DNA of 64,000 nucleotides from a virus: IMG/VR virus record IMGVR_UViG_3300036670_000250, positions 5,898 to 69,897 of that record; one strand, 5' to 3'. Shown piece by piece: positions 29,047 to 37,646 of this stretch (position 1 is its first letter; each line of letters starts with the position of its first letter). The notes under the pieces were generated by a model. It saw only the letters and a program-made list of their open reading frames with translations, ran no database searches and was not told where the DNA came from. The position numbers and the translations under genes were made by a program.

Positions 29047-30963
29047 TTAGACTACATCACTAATAGTAAATTCGCTAAAGCCTGCATCTTTTGTAAGCTC
29101 TAGTTTTTTATCAAACATTTCACTTGGCAATACTGTGTGGTTTATTACAAATGTGTTTAAACCGATATCGCTGATAGTTTCATGAAGTATTTTAATTATA
29201 TGGTAAACACCTGATGAATCAACTGAACTAAAAATTTCATCTAAAAATAAAATGTTTAAGCTAGGAAATCTAAGTTTTATCATTTTAATTAAAGCCATGA
29301 TAATAACAAAATCAACCTTTTTCTTTTCTCCAGTGCTTAATGTTTTTGGGTTAATTTCTTGACCTAAATGATGTATAGCACAATTAAATTTATCATCAAA
29401 TTTAATACTAAACGGTATACCTATTTCTTTAACCATTATAAGTATGTTATTATTAAATGTTGGTAAAATAGATCTTACTGCTAAATGCTTAATACCGTCT
29501 TCACCCATTAAAGACTCTAATAGTGATAAATAGTAATCTTCACCTTCAACGTTAAGTTTTCCTGTTCCTTTATTTTCTCGCTTTTTATTAAACTCATCAA
29601 TTAATTCTTTAAAGTGAGATGATGATTCATTATCATTTTCTGATATTTTAATTAGCTCACTCTTTAATGAAGTCATCTGAGATTCAAGTTGTCCTACTTT
29701 TACATAAATTTGTTTTCCTTGTTCTCTTAACTCACTTAATGTTGTATCAATATTAATAACTTCAGCCTTAACTTTATTAAAATCAGTAGTAAACGTATTT
29801 AAAGTATTTTCTTTTTCTTTTTTAATATGCTTATGAAAATCAGAATCAAGAGGAGCTGTACACGTTGGGCATGTATTATTGTTATAAAGATCTAAATCAT
29901 TTTTTACATTATTGATTTGTGCTGATATTTCTGATTCTTGTTTTGCTTTAATTCTATATGTTTGATCATTATCATCAATTCTTTTCTTTGTTTTATCATT
30001 TGCATCTTGTAACTTTTTTCTAGCGTCATTTAATTTTACTAATTTAGTTTTCAACTCAATGATTTGAGTTACACCCTTTTGTTTTGACGCTTCTTCATAT
30101 TCTGCTATTTTAGATAACACTGATGAAATAGATTCATCTAAAGATCGTATTTCATCATCAAGAGTACGAATTTCATCAATAACAATTCTTCTTTTATTTT
30201 TAACTAAATCTCTCATTTGATTAATTACAGAAAAGCCAAAAATTCTATCTATAATTTGTTTTTTGTCAAAAGGAGACATTGTGACAAAAGACTTAAACTC
30301 ATTAACTGATAATATGATTACATTTTTAAAAACATGATAAGGAATTTCGTAAATTTCAGTTTCTAAAAACTCTTGTAGATTAGATTTACCAGCAACATCA
30401 TATTCGGAACCATTAATTAAAACTTTAAAAACTGCAGGTCCAATACCTCTTTCAATTTCTATAATGTTACCTCTGCTTTCCAAGAGTATCTTACCCCAAA
30501 GATTACTATTTACCCTATTCGGTAAATCTTTTAAGCTTACACCTTCAACTCTGCCATAACACATAAAAGTTATAACTTTTGCTAATGTGCTATTATGAGA
30601 TACTATTCCATTTGCATAAAATTCCTTTACTTCATTTACCTCAATGTCATATAAATCTGCTCTTTCATCTAATAAAGTATTAGATATAATGTATGTAATG
30701 CCATCCTTTGTTTCAATTAAATCGCCTGGTTCAAAGTCTTTTGCCTTTTTCCATTCTTTATAAAAAAATAAGTGATCTGGCGATGCTGTTATGTTTACGC
30801 CAGATTTTAATACTAGTTTATGCTGACTACTATCTTTAGCCGTTATATCTATACCATTAATAGTTCTTAAACCAAATCTAGTATCAGTTTTGAATTTTTT
30901 AGAATTTATAGAATTATTAATTTTATTAAACTTGTATATGTCTTCTAATGTACACTTAATCAT
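29047..30963 (-). CDS. gp46: gp46/SbcC/Rad50 ATPase, C-terminal part, with IntC (124 aa, 30592-30963)
   Basis: ASPDHLF, LYDIEV and GIVSHN|S intein motifs, then CPTC zinc hook, LSTGEK signature and LFLDE. Confidence 0.93.
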   Translation of the reverse strand: MIKCTLEDIYKFNKINNSINSKKFKTDTRFGLRTINGIDITAKDSSQHKLVLKSGVNITASPDHLFFYKEWKKAKDFEPGDLIETKDGITYIISNTLLDERADLYDIEVNEVKEFYANGIVSHNSTLAKVITFMCYGRVEGVSLKDLPNRVNSNLWGKILLESRGNIIEIERGIGPAVFKVLINGSEYDVAGKSNLQEFLETEIYEIPYHVFKNVIILSVNEFKSFVTMSPFDKKQIIDRIFGFSVINQMRDLVKNKRRIVIDEIRTLDDEIRSLDESISSVLSKIAEYEEASKQKGVTQIIELKTKLVKLNDARKKLQDANDKTKKRIDDNDQTYRIKAKQESEISAQINNVKNDLDLYNNNTCPTCTAPLDSDFHKHIKKEKENTLNTFTTDFNKVKAEVINIDTTLSELREQGKQIYVKVGQLESQMTSLKSELIKISENDNESSSHFKELIDEFNKKRENKGTGKLNVEGEDYYLSLLESLMGEDGIKHLAVRSILPTFNNNILIMVKEIGIPFSIKFDDKFNCAIHHLGQEINPKTLSTGEKKKVDFVIIMALIKMIKLRFPSLNILFLDEIFSSVDSSGVYHIIKILHETISDIGLNTFVINHTVLPSEMFDKKLELTKDAGFSEFTISDVV

Positions 30964-30967
30964 ATTA

Positions 30968-31078
30968 TCATTTATTTATAAATTTTATACATTTGTCTAA
31001 AGAAAATGTAGTTTGGCTTTCTTTTAACATTTTTTAGATTCTTTTAAAGAATACTCCTCTAATTAAATAAAAATCTAA
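30968..31078 (-). pseudogene. Homing endonuclease remnant between the gp46 halves
   Basis: With two frameshifts it reads LDFYLIRG/YSLKESK/MLKESQTTFSLDKCIKFINK*, matching EWWLNKGFSKEEAKIKLKERQSTFTLKKCI and the terminal KCIHFLNN* of 7988..9067. Confidence 0.75.
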
Positions 31079-31097
31079 TAAATATACCTTAAGTACT

Positions 31098-31307
31098 TTA
31101 TTTGTTTTTGATAAATTCGATAAAGTCATTTCTTAATTCTTCATCTTCTATTTCAACATATATTTCTGTTTCTTTTGCAAGACATTTGCCAGCGCCATTT
31201 CCACCGAGAACTAAATATAAATCGCTATTTTCTTTATCAAATTCTATTACCTGCACCTTATTTCCGTAACTGGCAAAATTTTTAAATTCAAGTTTATTTA
31301 TTCTCAT
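31098..31307 (-). CDS. gp46: gp46 N-terminal part (41 aa) with IntN (28 aa, Cys1 at 31184)
   Basis: FKNFASYGN and Walker A GGNGAGK|CLAKETEI. Confidence 0.92.
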   Translation of the reverse strand: MRINKLEFKNFASYGNKVQVIEFDKENSDLYLVLGGNGAGKCLAKETEIYVEIEDEELRNDFIEFIKNK

Positions 31308-31310
31308 TTG

Positions 31311-32396
31311 TTAATTTTCGTATGTTGTTATAGTTTGCTTATAAAGATCTGACACTGACTTAATGAGTCTTACTTTTAAATCTTCATCATATCCTAAACT
31401 ATTTATGTGATCTGCCGCAATGCTCATTAAATTTATTTCTCCGGTAAAATCAGAAGATTGAATATCATCGTCAGTTTCAACTGGATTTTCTTCGTCATAA
31501 ATTCTGGGCTCTAAACTTTTAGCATGGCCATCTAAAAAGTCCATGAATTTATTTATGTTATATTTTCCTAAAACATTTGATGGTATAAAAATATCAACAA
31601 AGTTACCCTTAATTTCTTCTAATATATCTGAAATTTGTCTTTCTAGTATATCGTTGATGTAATACCTAATAAAAGATGGTGAGCTATCATTTTGTATAAA
31701 TTTATAATCGCTTGTTGTTAAATCTAATAAATATACACCCTTTTGATTGCCGCGGTCAGATCTTGTCATTTGATATGGATTACCTACAAGTATAAAATTT
31801 CCCTTTTCCTGTCTATAGTGTATATGACCAGAAAAAACATTTTTAAATCTTTTAAATATAGCTAAGTCGTTACCACCTTCATGCAAGTGGCGAGTACTTG
31901 TGGTAGTTTGGACACCTTGTGTTTCAGTATGACAAAACATATAATCAATATCTTCTGTGATTGAATTTAAAGTTTCTTTTTCATGAGTACTATCTCGCCG
32001 CCATGGCATAAGTAAACATTTAACACCAGCATATTCAATTATTTTAGGTTCTTTATGTACAGTTACGTTTGGTATGTATTTAATACAATCTACTGAAGAT
32101 ATGTCATTGGAGTTCTTTTTCATAATATCATGATTGCCAACAATAACATGAATTTCTGGAAATATTTTTGAAAGTTCTTCAAACACTCTAATGCCTAAAT
32201 CTTGTGCTGCTAGATTTAAGCTCTGCCTGTTATCAAAAACATCACCTAAATGAAAAAGAACATCACCTTGTCTAAATTCTTTTTTTACTAACGGTATAAA
32301 AAAGTTATAAAAATAGTCTTCAATAATATTTAGCCATAACACCGAGTTTGCGCGACAGCCTAAATGTGTATCCGATAGTAACCAAATTCTATTCAT
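31311..32396 (-). CDS. gp47: gp47/SbcD/Mre11 nuclease
   Basis: SDTHLG, GDVFDNR, GNHD and SGHIH motifs. Confidence 0.93.
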   Translation of the reverse strand: MNRIWLLSDTHLGCRANSVLWLNIIEDYFYNFFIPLVKKEFRQGDVLFHLGDVFDNRQSLNLAAQDLGIRVFEELSKIFPEIHVIVGNHDIMKKNSNDISSVDCIKYIPNVTVHKEPKIIEYAGVKCLLMPWRRDSTHEKETLNSITEDIDYMFCHTETQGVQTTTSTRHLHEGGNDLAIFKRFKNVFSGHIHYRQEKGNFILVGNPYQMTRSDRGNQKGVYLLDLTTSDYKFIQNDSSPSFIRYYINDILERQISDILEEIKGNFVDIFIPSNVLGKYNINKFMDFLDGHAKSLEPRIYDEENPVETDDDIQSSDFTGEINLMSIAADHINSLGYDEDLKVRLIKSVSDLYKQTITTYEN

Positions 32397-32397
32397 A

Positions 32398-32832
32398 TTA
32401 AAATAATTTTCTGATTTTTCTTTTTTCTAAAATATTGTATTTGTCGTCAAGTTCTCTAATTAACTCATCTTTAAATTTATTAGATAAAGAATTATAAAAT
32501 TTATTAGGAAGCACGTCAAAGTAATCAGAAAGTACGCTAAATATATCAACTCTAGTATATGATGATCCTATGTTTTCAATAACATAAAAGAATACTTGGT
32601 TAATTTGAATTTTGTTTAATTTTTTAATTATACCGCCATGTGTTACTTCGTTAAAATGTTCAAATTCGCTGCCTTTGATTAACTCATTGATACGACTAAT
32701 TAATAGTTCATAATGAATTCTATCATCAGGATCTATATTATCTAAGTATGAAGAGTGTACTGTAAAGCTTACAGTATGCTCAGTCGAATCTTGTTCACCG
32801 TATGTGTTGTTAAATATTTTATCTTTTTCCAT
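32398..32832 (-). CDS. Hypothetical protein
   Basis: 144-aa ORF in the operon. Confidence 0.6.
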   Translation of the reverse strand: MEKDKIFNNTYGEQDSTEHTVSFTVHSSYLDNIDPDDRIHYELLISRINELIKGSEFEHFNEVTHGGIIKKLNKIQINQVFFYVIENIGSSYTRVDIFSVLSDYFDVLPNKFYNSLSNKFKDELIRELDDKYNILEKRKIRKLF

Positions 32833-32837
32833 TGTTG

Positions 32838-33941
32838 TTAAGTTATATCGTCAGTCTCAGTTAATCTCATAAAGTTATAATCAATATTAAATCTACATCG
32901 ATTACCCTTACCTTCACCATCTCTAATTTTTAATACCTTTAGCCAATATTCTCGATTTGCATGCATCATACTATCTTGAATTAATGCATACATAACATCT
33001 GCTGTATGTGCTAATCCTGCAGATTCAGCTATGTTTTCCATTTTGATTTCAGTTGAGTCCCATGCACCACGATTAAGCTGAGTAGCAGAAATTACTAGAA
33101 TATCTTTCTTTACTGCTAGCGCCCTAAGATCTTCTGCTATTTGTTTAATTTTCATGTAAGTATTTTCTGTATTCGGATTTCTATAATTTGATAATATGTT
33201 AATATAATCTACAATTAAAACATTAACTTTATGATCTTGTGATTCCTCAAGTTCTTTTAAATATGATTCAATATCTAAAATAGTAGCTTGTGATGTTGGG
33301 AATTCTTTAACAAAAAGCTTGCCGGGTGGTAATAATCCACGAGATATCCTTTCTAATTTTCTTTTAACAAAATCACGATTTACTGATTTTTCATCATATT
33401 CAGACATGTTAATATTAAGTAAGTTAGCACCTATTCTTTTAACTACCTTTTGAGCAGACATTTCAGCAGTGATGAATACTACGTTATGACCCATGCGAAC
33501 AAAATTAGCTGCATCATTAGCTAACCAAATAGAGTTATGAGATAATATACTATTTGTAAAATATCTATGATTAGGGTGATCTACTTCTAAATCATACATA
33601 TTTTCTAAAACATCATACTTAATTACAGACGACACTAATTCTGCTCCATCTGCTGTAATAATTCTATCAGGTCTAGAATCTTTATTAAGATCTTTTACAA
33701 AAATTTGATCATATGTATCATCAAACAAAATATGATCATCTGCACATTTTAAAGATTTACCTGATGACGTAGTTACTTCCCAAACTTCGTATGGTATTGT
33801 TTTACCAATATTTTTAATCGAAGAAAAACCAGTATCAGTTTCAATTTCCCAATCGGATACAATAAAGGTTTCTTCAAATTTACGATCAACCGAATTAGAT
33901 AAATCTGCTGCTAGTTTATATTCAAGAAAATCTACTTCCAT
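32838..33941 (-). CDS. gp41: gp41/DnaB helicase, C-terminal part, with IntC (~136 aa from MEVDF at 33941)
   Basis: CADDHILF, MYDLEV and SILSHN|S, then ITAEM, IVDYIN, SATQLNR, AESAG and KIRDG. The track start at 34022 is a GTG inside a hairpin. Confidence 0.92.
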   Translation of the reverse strand: MEVDFLEYKLAADLSNSVDRKFEETFIVSDWEIETDTGFSSIKNIGKTIPYEVWEVTTSSGKSLKCADDHILFDDTYDQIFVKDLNKDSRPDRIITADGAELVSSVIKYDVLENMYDLEVDHPNHRYFTNSILSHNSIWLANDAANFVRMGHNVVFITAEMSAQKVVKRIGANLLNINMSEYDEKSVNRDFVKRKLERISRGLLPPGKLFVKEFPTSQATILDIESYLKELEESQDHKVNVLIVDYINILSNYRNPNTENTYMKIKQIAEDLRALAVKKDILVISATQLNRGAWDSTEIKMENIAESAGLAHTADVMYALIQDSMMHANREYWLKVLKIRDGEGKGNRCRFNIDYNFMRLTETDDIT

Positions 33942-34009
33942 AGTTTTACAATTTAGGTTGTTATAAAAATTATATAATAAATTATAGTGTTTGTTTATAT
34001 TTTTACAAT

Positions 34010-34040
34010 AAAAAAGCAACACACTTAGTATGTTGCCTTT
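34010..34040 (-). terminator. Intrinsic terminator between the two helicase halves
   Basis: Minus strand GCAACAUAC-UAA-GUGUGUUGC-UUUUUU. Confidence 0.65.
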
Positions 34041-34087
34041 AAAGTAATTGTATTTAGATAGCTTTCAATTTTGCTAAAGCGGGTTGT

Positions 34088-34780
34088 TTAAAAAGAACTT
34101 TTGATTAACTTAAAAAAATCACCAACTTTTACGTTTTGTATAAGACCAGTTTTCTTATTACGAATGTTGATTAGTGTATCATAAGAAGTGCATTTACCTA
34201 CATTCTGTTCTCCGGCGTAAATTATTAAAGATTTAGTGTCGTAGCCACCACCTGATACGTTATCAACAAAAGTCCATCCTGTTTCTATTTTTTTACTTTT
34301 TCTTTGGATATGATGTTCAGGATTAAAGAAATCTAAACCTACATCAGAGTCAAAGTTAATAGAACCTTCAGTTGAAATCATCCCAATTGCTCGAGTAACA
34401 ATATCTTCAACATTATCAGGAGATACTTCTTGTGTTTTTACATATTCAATTGTTTTAATTAACTGTTTATCAAAATGTTTCCACTTAATCCAAGATTCAC
34501 CAGTTCTTTTTAACCAATCTTGATCATATTCATTTATGTTAATACTATAAACAGCAGAAACAATATCATTTGAAATTTCATTTGAATCATCTTTTACTAA
34601 AGCTTTCATTTGATCTTGTGAAGGTGAATCCCCAAACTTTAAATAAAAGTTTTTAGCTAATTTAGATACATGATCTAAATCACGGTTTACAAAAAAGCCA
34701 GGGCCTACACTTTTTAAATACTGTGGTTTTTTGAGAAAATAATTAAAAAATATTTTTTCGTGATCAATACCTGAATACAT
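34088..34780 (-). CDS. gp41: gp41 helicase, N-terminal part, with IntN (34 aa, Cys1 at 34192)
   Basis: IETGWTFVD..GGG and Walker A AGEQNVGK|CTSYDTLI. Confidence 0.92.
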   Translation of the reverse strand: MYSGIDHEKIFFNYFLKKPQYLKSVGPGFFVNRDLDHVSKLAKNFYLKFGDSPSQDQMKALVKDDSNEISNDIVSAVYSININEYDQDWLKRTGESWIKWKHFDKQLIKTIEYVKTQEVSPDNVEDIVTRAIGMISTEGSINFDSDVGLDFFNPEHHIQRKSKKIETGWTFVDNVSGGGYDTKSLIIYAGEQNVGKCTSYDTLINIRNKKTGLIQNVKVGDFFKLIKSSF

Positions 34781-34818
34781 AAGTTGTTTATTTTTTTATG
34801 GTTAATATGAGAAATAGT

Positions 34819-35130
34819 TTACTCATACGGATTAATTATAACTTCATATGTAGTATAGGCAGACGTTGAGTTAATTTCAGAAAGAATTCCATCAGCCATT
34901 AATTTTTGTATAATAGCTGATGTCTTTTCTTCAGTTAATTCGTATTTTCTTTGGAGTGAAACATTAGTAAATTTAATGTCTTTTGCTACTTTTACACAAT
35001 AATCTCTAATAAGTTCAAAAATAACATCTTGAAAATCAGGATAGCCTGGTAAAGAAGCATGATTACCTAATACGTATTTAACTTTAAGTTTTGATGTATT
35101 AATCGTCTTCTTCAACATCACCAACTTCAT
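34819..35130 (-). CDS. Hypothetical protein, winged-helix-like
   Basis: SLQRKYEL...IIQKLMADGIL pattern. Confidence 0.45.
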   Translation of the reverse strand: MKLVMLKKTINTSKLKVKYVLGNHASLPGYPDFQDVIFELIRDYCVKVAKDIKFTNVSLQRKYELTEEKTSAIIQKLMADGILSEINSTSAYTTYEVIINPYE

Positions 35131-35761
35131 TAAGAATTTCAGAAAGATTAGCTAAATCTAAATCATCAGTACCATACTTAAATTTAGAATTTACAATAGG
35201 CTCTATTTTATCAAGTATTTCTTGTGTAATTACTCTAGGTGTAAATAATTCATTAAGATCAACAGTATCATTAAGATGAGCTACACACATTTTACGGGCA
35301 GTTGGGGAAGGTTGAAAATAAACCGTGATTAATTTATTTTCTTTCAGATAATCATGTCTTTTGCATTCTAGTTTGGCTGCATCTGTTAATTTAGCATACA
35401 TACTTTCTGTGATAAATTTACCACGTTCAATACCGCATACGTCCCAGTTAATATATTCCTCCAACCCAATATATGCATTCATACCCTTATTAAAAGAAAT
35501 ATGGAACTTAATAGGTAAAGGCTGGGCAAATCTATTTTTATTAGGTTTTGCTGTTACAATAATTCCAGTTTGTTCAATACCATCTTTAAGTTTTGCTTTA
35601 CCTAAAAAAAGAATGATTGATGCTGCATATTCAGGACCAGTATTATGATTTATAACACCATTGGATGTTATATAATGTTGCACATCAGCAACAGTTAAAT
35701 CATGTACTTTAGTAGATTTTAATTCTGTTACCTTCTTTATTTTTAATTTCTTTAATTGCAT
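35099..35761 (-). CDS. uvsX: UvsX/RecA part 3: IntC2 (40 aa) plus 180-aa C-extein
   Basis: VHDLTV..HYITSNGVINHN|TGPEYAASIILFL, then KNRF. Confidence 0.92.
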   Translation of the reverse strand: MQLKKLKIKKVTELKSTKVHDLTVADVQHYITSNGVINHNTGPEYAASIILFLGKAKLKDGIEQTGIIVTAKPNKNRFAQPLPIKFHISFNKGMNAYIGLEEYINWDVCGIERGKFITESMYAKLTDAAKLECKRHDYLKENKLITVYFQPSPTARKMCVAHLNDTVDLNELFTPRVITQEILDKIEPIVNSKFKYGTDDLDLANLSEILNEVGDVEEDD

Positions 35762-35773
35762 TGTTTATTTTTT

Positions 35774-35950
35774 TTATGATTGTATTTTTTTAATAGTGTC
35801 AATAGCTTCAGTTTTAGTAAAGCCTTTATTTGACCAATAATTTATAGTTAATCTTGATCGTCCAGCCTGTAGCAGCAATGCCTTTGATCTACATTCTTCA
35901 TACGACCATCCCATAGAATACCAATATTCTTTAGATAATTTAGAAGCACC
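35774..35950 (-). pseudogene. Homing endonuclease remnant (DNA-binding repeats) between uvsX parts 2 and 3
   Basis: GASKLSKEYWYSMGWSYEEC...INYWSNKGFTKTEAIDTIKKIQS*. Two copies of the YW..KG.(S/T)..EA repeat seen in 7988..9067, with no nuclease domain. Confidence 0.75.
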
Positions 35951-35962
35951 TTACCACCACTC

Positions 35963-36415
35963 TTAATTTGTATAAACCGAAACTAAATCGTCTTCAATTA
36001 AATCTTTAGCATACGCCCAGTTGGAATCATCCAATGGATCGTCATTAGCTTCACCTACAAAAAACCTATGATCTTCAGAGCATTCTAATATACTCCCATC
36101 TTCAAATTCTACTTTATATGTAGGTTTATTAAACACCCAAACTTGCTCAATTTCCTTTTCACCACTTAGTGTTTTAACATAGTCACCTTCTTTAATGCTT
36201 TCTATTTGTTTATATGAACCATCTGCCATTAATACTAACGATCCTGGTACCAAACAGCCACCACCACCTACTTGCTTAGAAAAAAGATCCTGTGTATTAT
36301 GAGATATCGTACCATCTTCCAAAATATAATGATGACTATCTTTAATCGTCAAATCATAAGTAGATATACGCTCATCTAAAATCTCTGTCTTTCTTTTTAT
36401 TTTTATTTCTTTCAT
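35963..36415 (-). CDS. uvsX: UvsX/RecA part 2: IntC1 (40 aa) - 13-aa extein - IntN2 (97 aa)
   Basis: TYDLTI..GTISHN|TQDLFSKQVGGGG|CLVPGSLV...CSEDHRF. Confidence 0.93.
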   Translation of the reverse strand: MKEIKIKRKTEILDERISTYDLTIKDSHHYILEDGTISHNTQDLFSKQVGGGGCLVPGSLVLMADGSYKQIESIKEGDYVKTLSGEKEIEQVWVFNKPTYKVEFEDGSILECSEDHRFFVGEANDDPLDDSNWAYAKDLIEDDLVSVYTN

Positions 36416-36470
36416 ATTTCTTTAATTAATTTTTTGTGTTTATCAAAAATCAAGACCTTTATATTAAGAT

Positions 36471-36638
36471 TCATTGATTTGCTTTAAGTAGCAAAGAACC
36501 ATCAGCAATTGCCTTATTATAAGTATAATTTGATGTTACTTCATACAGTGTATTAGTTTCACTTACATAAAAATATGGATAATATCTATTGGTTTTTGTT
36601 AATATCGGAAAACCAATAGATATTACAAGTAATATCAT
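36471..36638 (-). pseudogene. Inactivated PD-(D/E)xK endonuclease remnant between uvsX parts 1 and 2
   Basis: RYYPYFYVSETNTLYEVTSNYTY versus the typical RYYPDFY...EVKS. D>Y and K>T are each one base change. Truncated. Confidence 0.65.
36580..36625. repeat. Perfect 17-bp inverted repeat with a 12-nt spacer
   Basis: taatatctattggtttt (36580-36596) / aaaaccaatagatatta (36609-36625). Confidence 0.9.
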
Positions 36639-36644
36639 AATTTT

Positions 36645-37550
36645 TTAGTATTGTAATATTATGTCTTCTTCATTTAAGTCTTCTGCAGTTTTCCAAGAAG
36701 ACTCGGATGACCAATCAGGTTTAATTAAAAACCGATGTTCTGGCGTACATCTAAAAATTGTACCATTTTCAAGTTCAAATTCTAATACATAAGATTTTTT
36801 AAATTCAGTTAATAATTCTACTTCTTTACTGCCATCTAACGTTTTAACATAATCACCTACTATAATATCTTTAATATTTTTTATAGAATCATCATGCATA
36901 ATAACATTAGCATCGCCCCAAACACATTGGTAAGTATGGTTTGTGAAAATAAAAGGAATTTTACAAATACCTAATTTTGTCATAAGAATCCTAAATGTAG
37001 ATTTAAGCAATTTTGCACGAGTCATGTCTGCTTTATCAGAACCGCTTTTTGCATCATCTACTTCTTTTTGCGTGGCAAGATTACCAGCAGAATCTAAACA
37101 TAACATAATTCTAGGAAGCTTTGCTCCCTTTTTCTTTTGCTCAATAAGAGTATCAGTTAGAGCAGTAACGGAGCTTCTAAATTCTTGAACGGTATTACAT
37201 GGCTCATATCTAAATTTAGTAGGGTCTATTCCAAATTTTTCAACTAAGTCTTTATCTACTGCATTTTCAGAATCGTAAAAAACAATACTATAACCTATAT
37301 CTTGTGCCTGTTTAATTGCATTCATCAATAAAAACGTCTTGCCGGTACCACTCGGCCCAGCAAGTGCAACTGCCCTATTATTAGGGAAACCGCCAAATAA
37401 AGATCCAGTTAAGCACGCATTAAGATTATAATTACCAGTTGGAATGTAATGATCTATTTCAGAAACTGTTGATTTGTCCATCGTATCACCATACGTTGAA
37501 TGTTTGGCCATTTCTTTATTTAAGTCTGTAAACGAAAATTCTTTGTTCAT
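36645..37550 (-). CDS. uvsX: UvsX/RecA part 1: 208-aa N-extein plus IntN1 (93 aa, Cys1 at 36926)
   Basis: AGPSGTGKT, YDSE, LDSAGNL and FTNHTYQ|CVWGDANV...CTPEHRF. Confidence 0.94.
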   Translation of the reverse strand: MNKEFSFTDLNKEMAKHSTYGDTMDKSTVSEIDHYIPTGNYNLNACLTGSLFGGFPNNRAVALAGPSGTGKTFLLMNAIKQAQDIGYSIVFYDSENAVDKDLVEKFGIDPTKFRYEPCNTVQEFRSSVTALTDTLIEQKKKGAKLPRIMLCLDSAGNLATQKEVDDAKSGSDKADMTRAKLLKSTFRILMTKLGICKIPFIFTNHTYQCVWGDANVIMHDDSIKNIKDIIVGDYVKTLDGSKEVELLTEFKKSYVLEFELENGTIFRCTPEHRFLIKPDWSSESSWKTAEDLNEEDIILQY

Positions 37551-37646
37551 ATTTTTTTTATTTTATATGGTTTTTTTACGATTTGTTTTGTTGTTAATTC
37601 ATTATTCTTTTAGTTGGCTAAACATACATACTTTTTGAGATATAAC

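Noticed and set aside
33942-34087. Endonuclease remnant in the gp41 gap
   Set aside because: I found no recognisable nuclease motif by eye, only a hairpin and AT-rich sequence.
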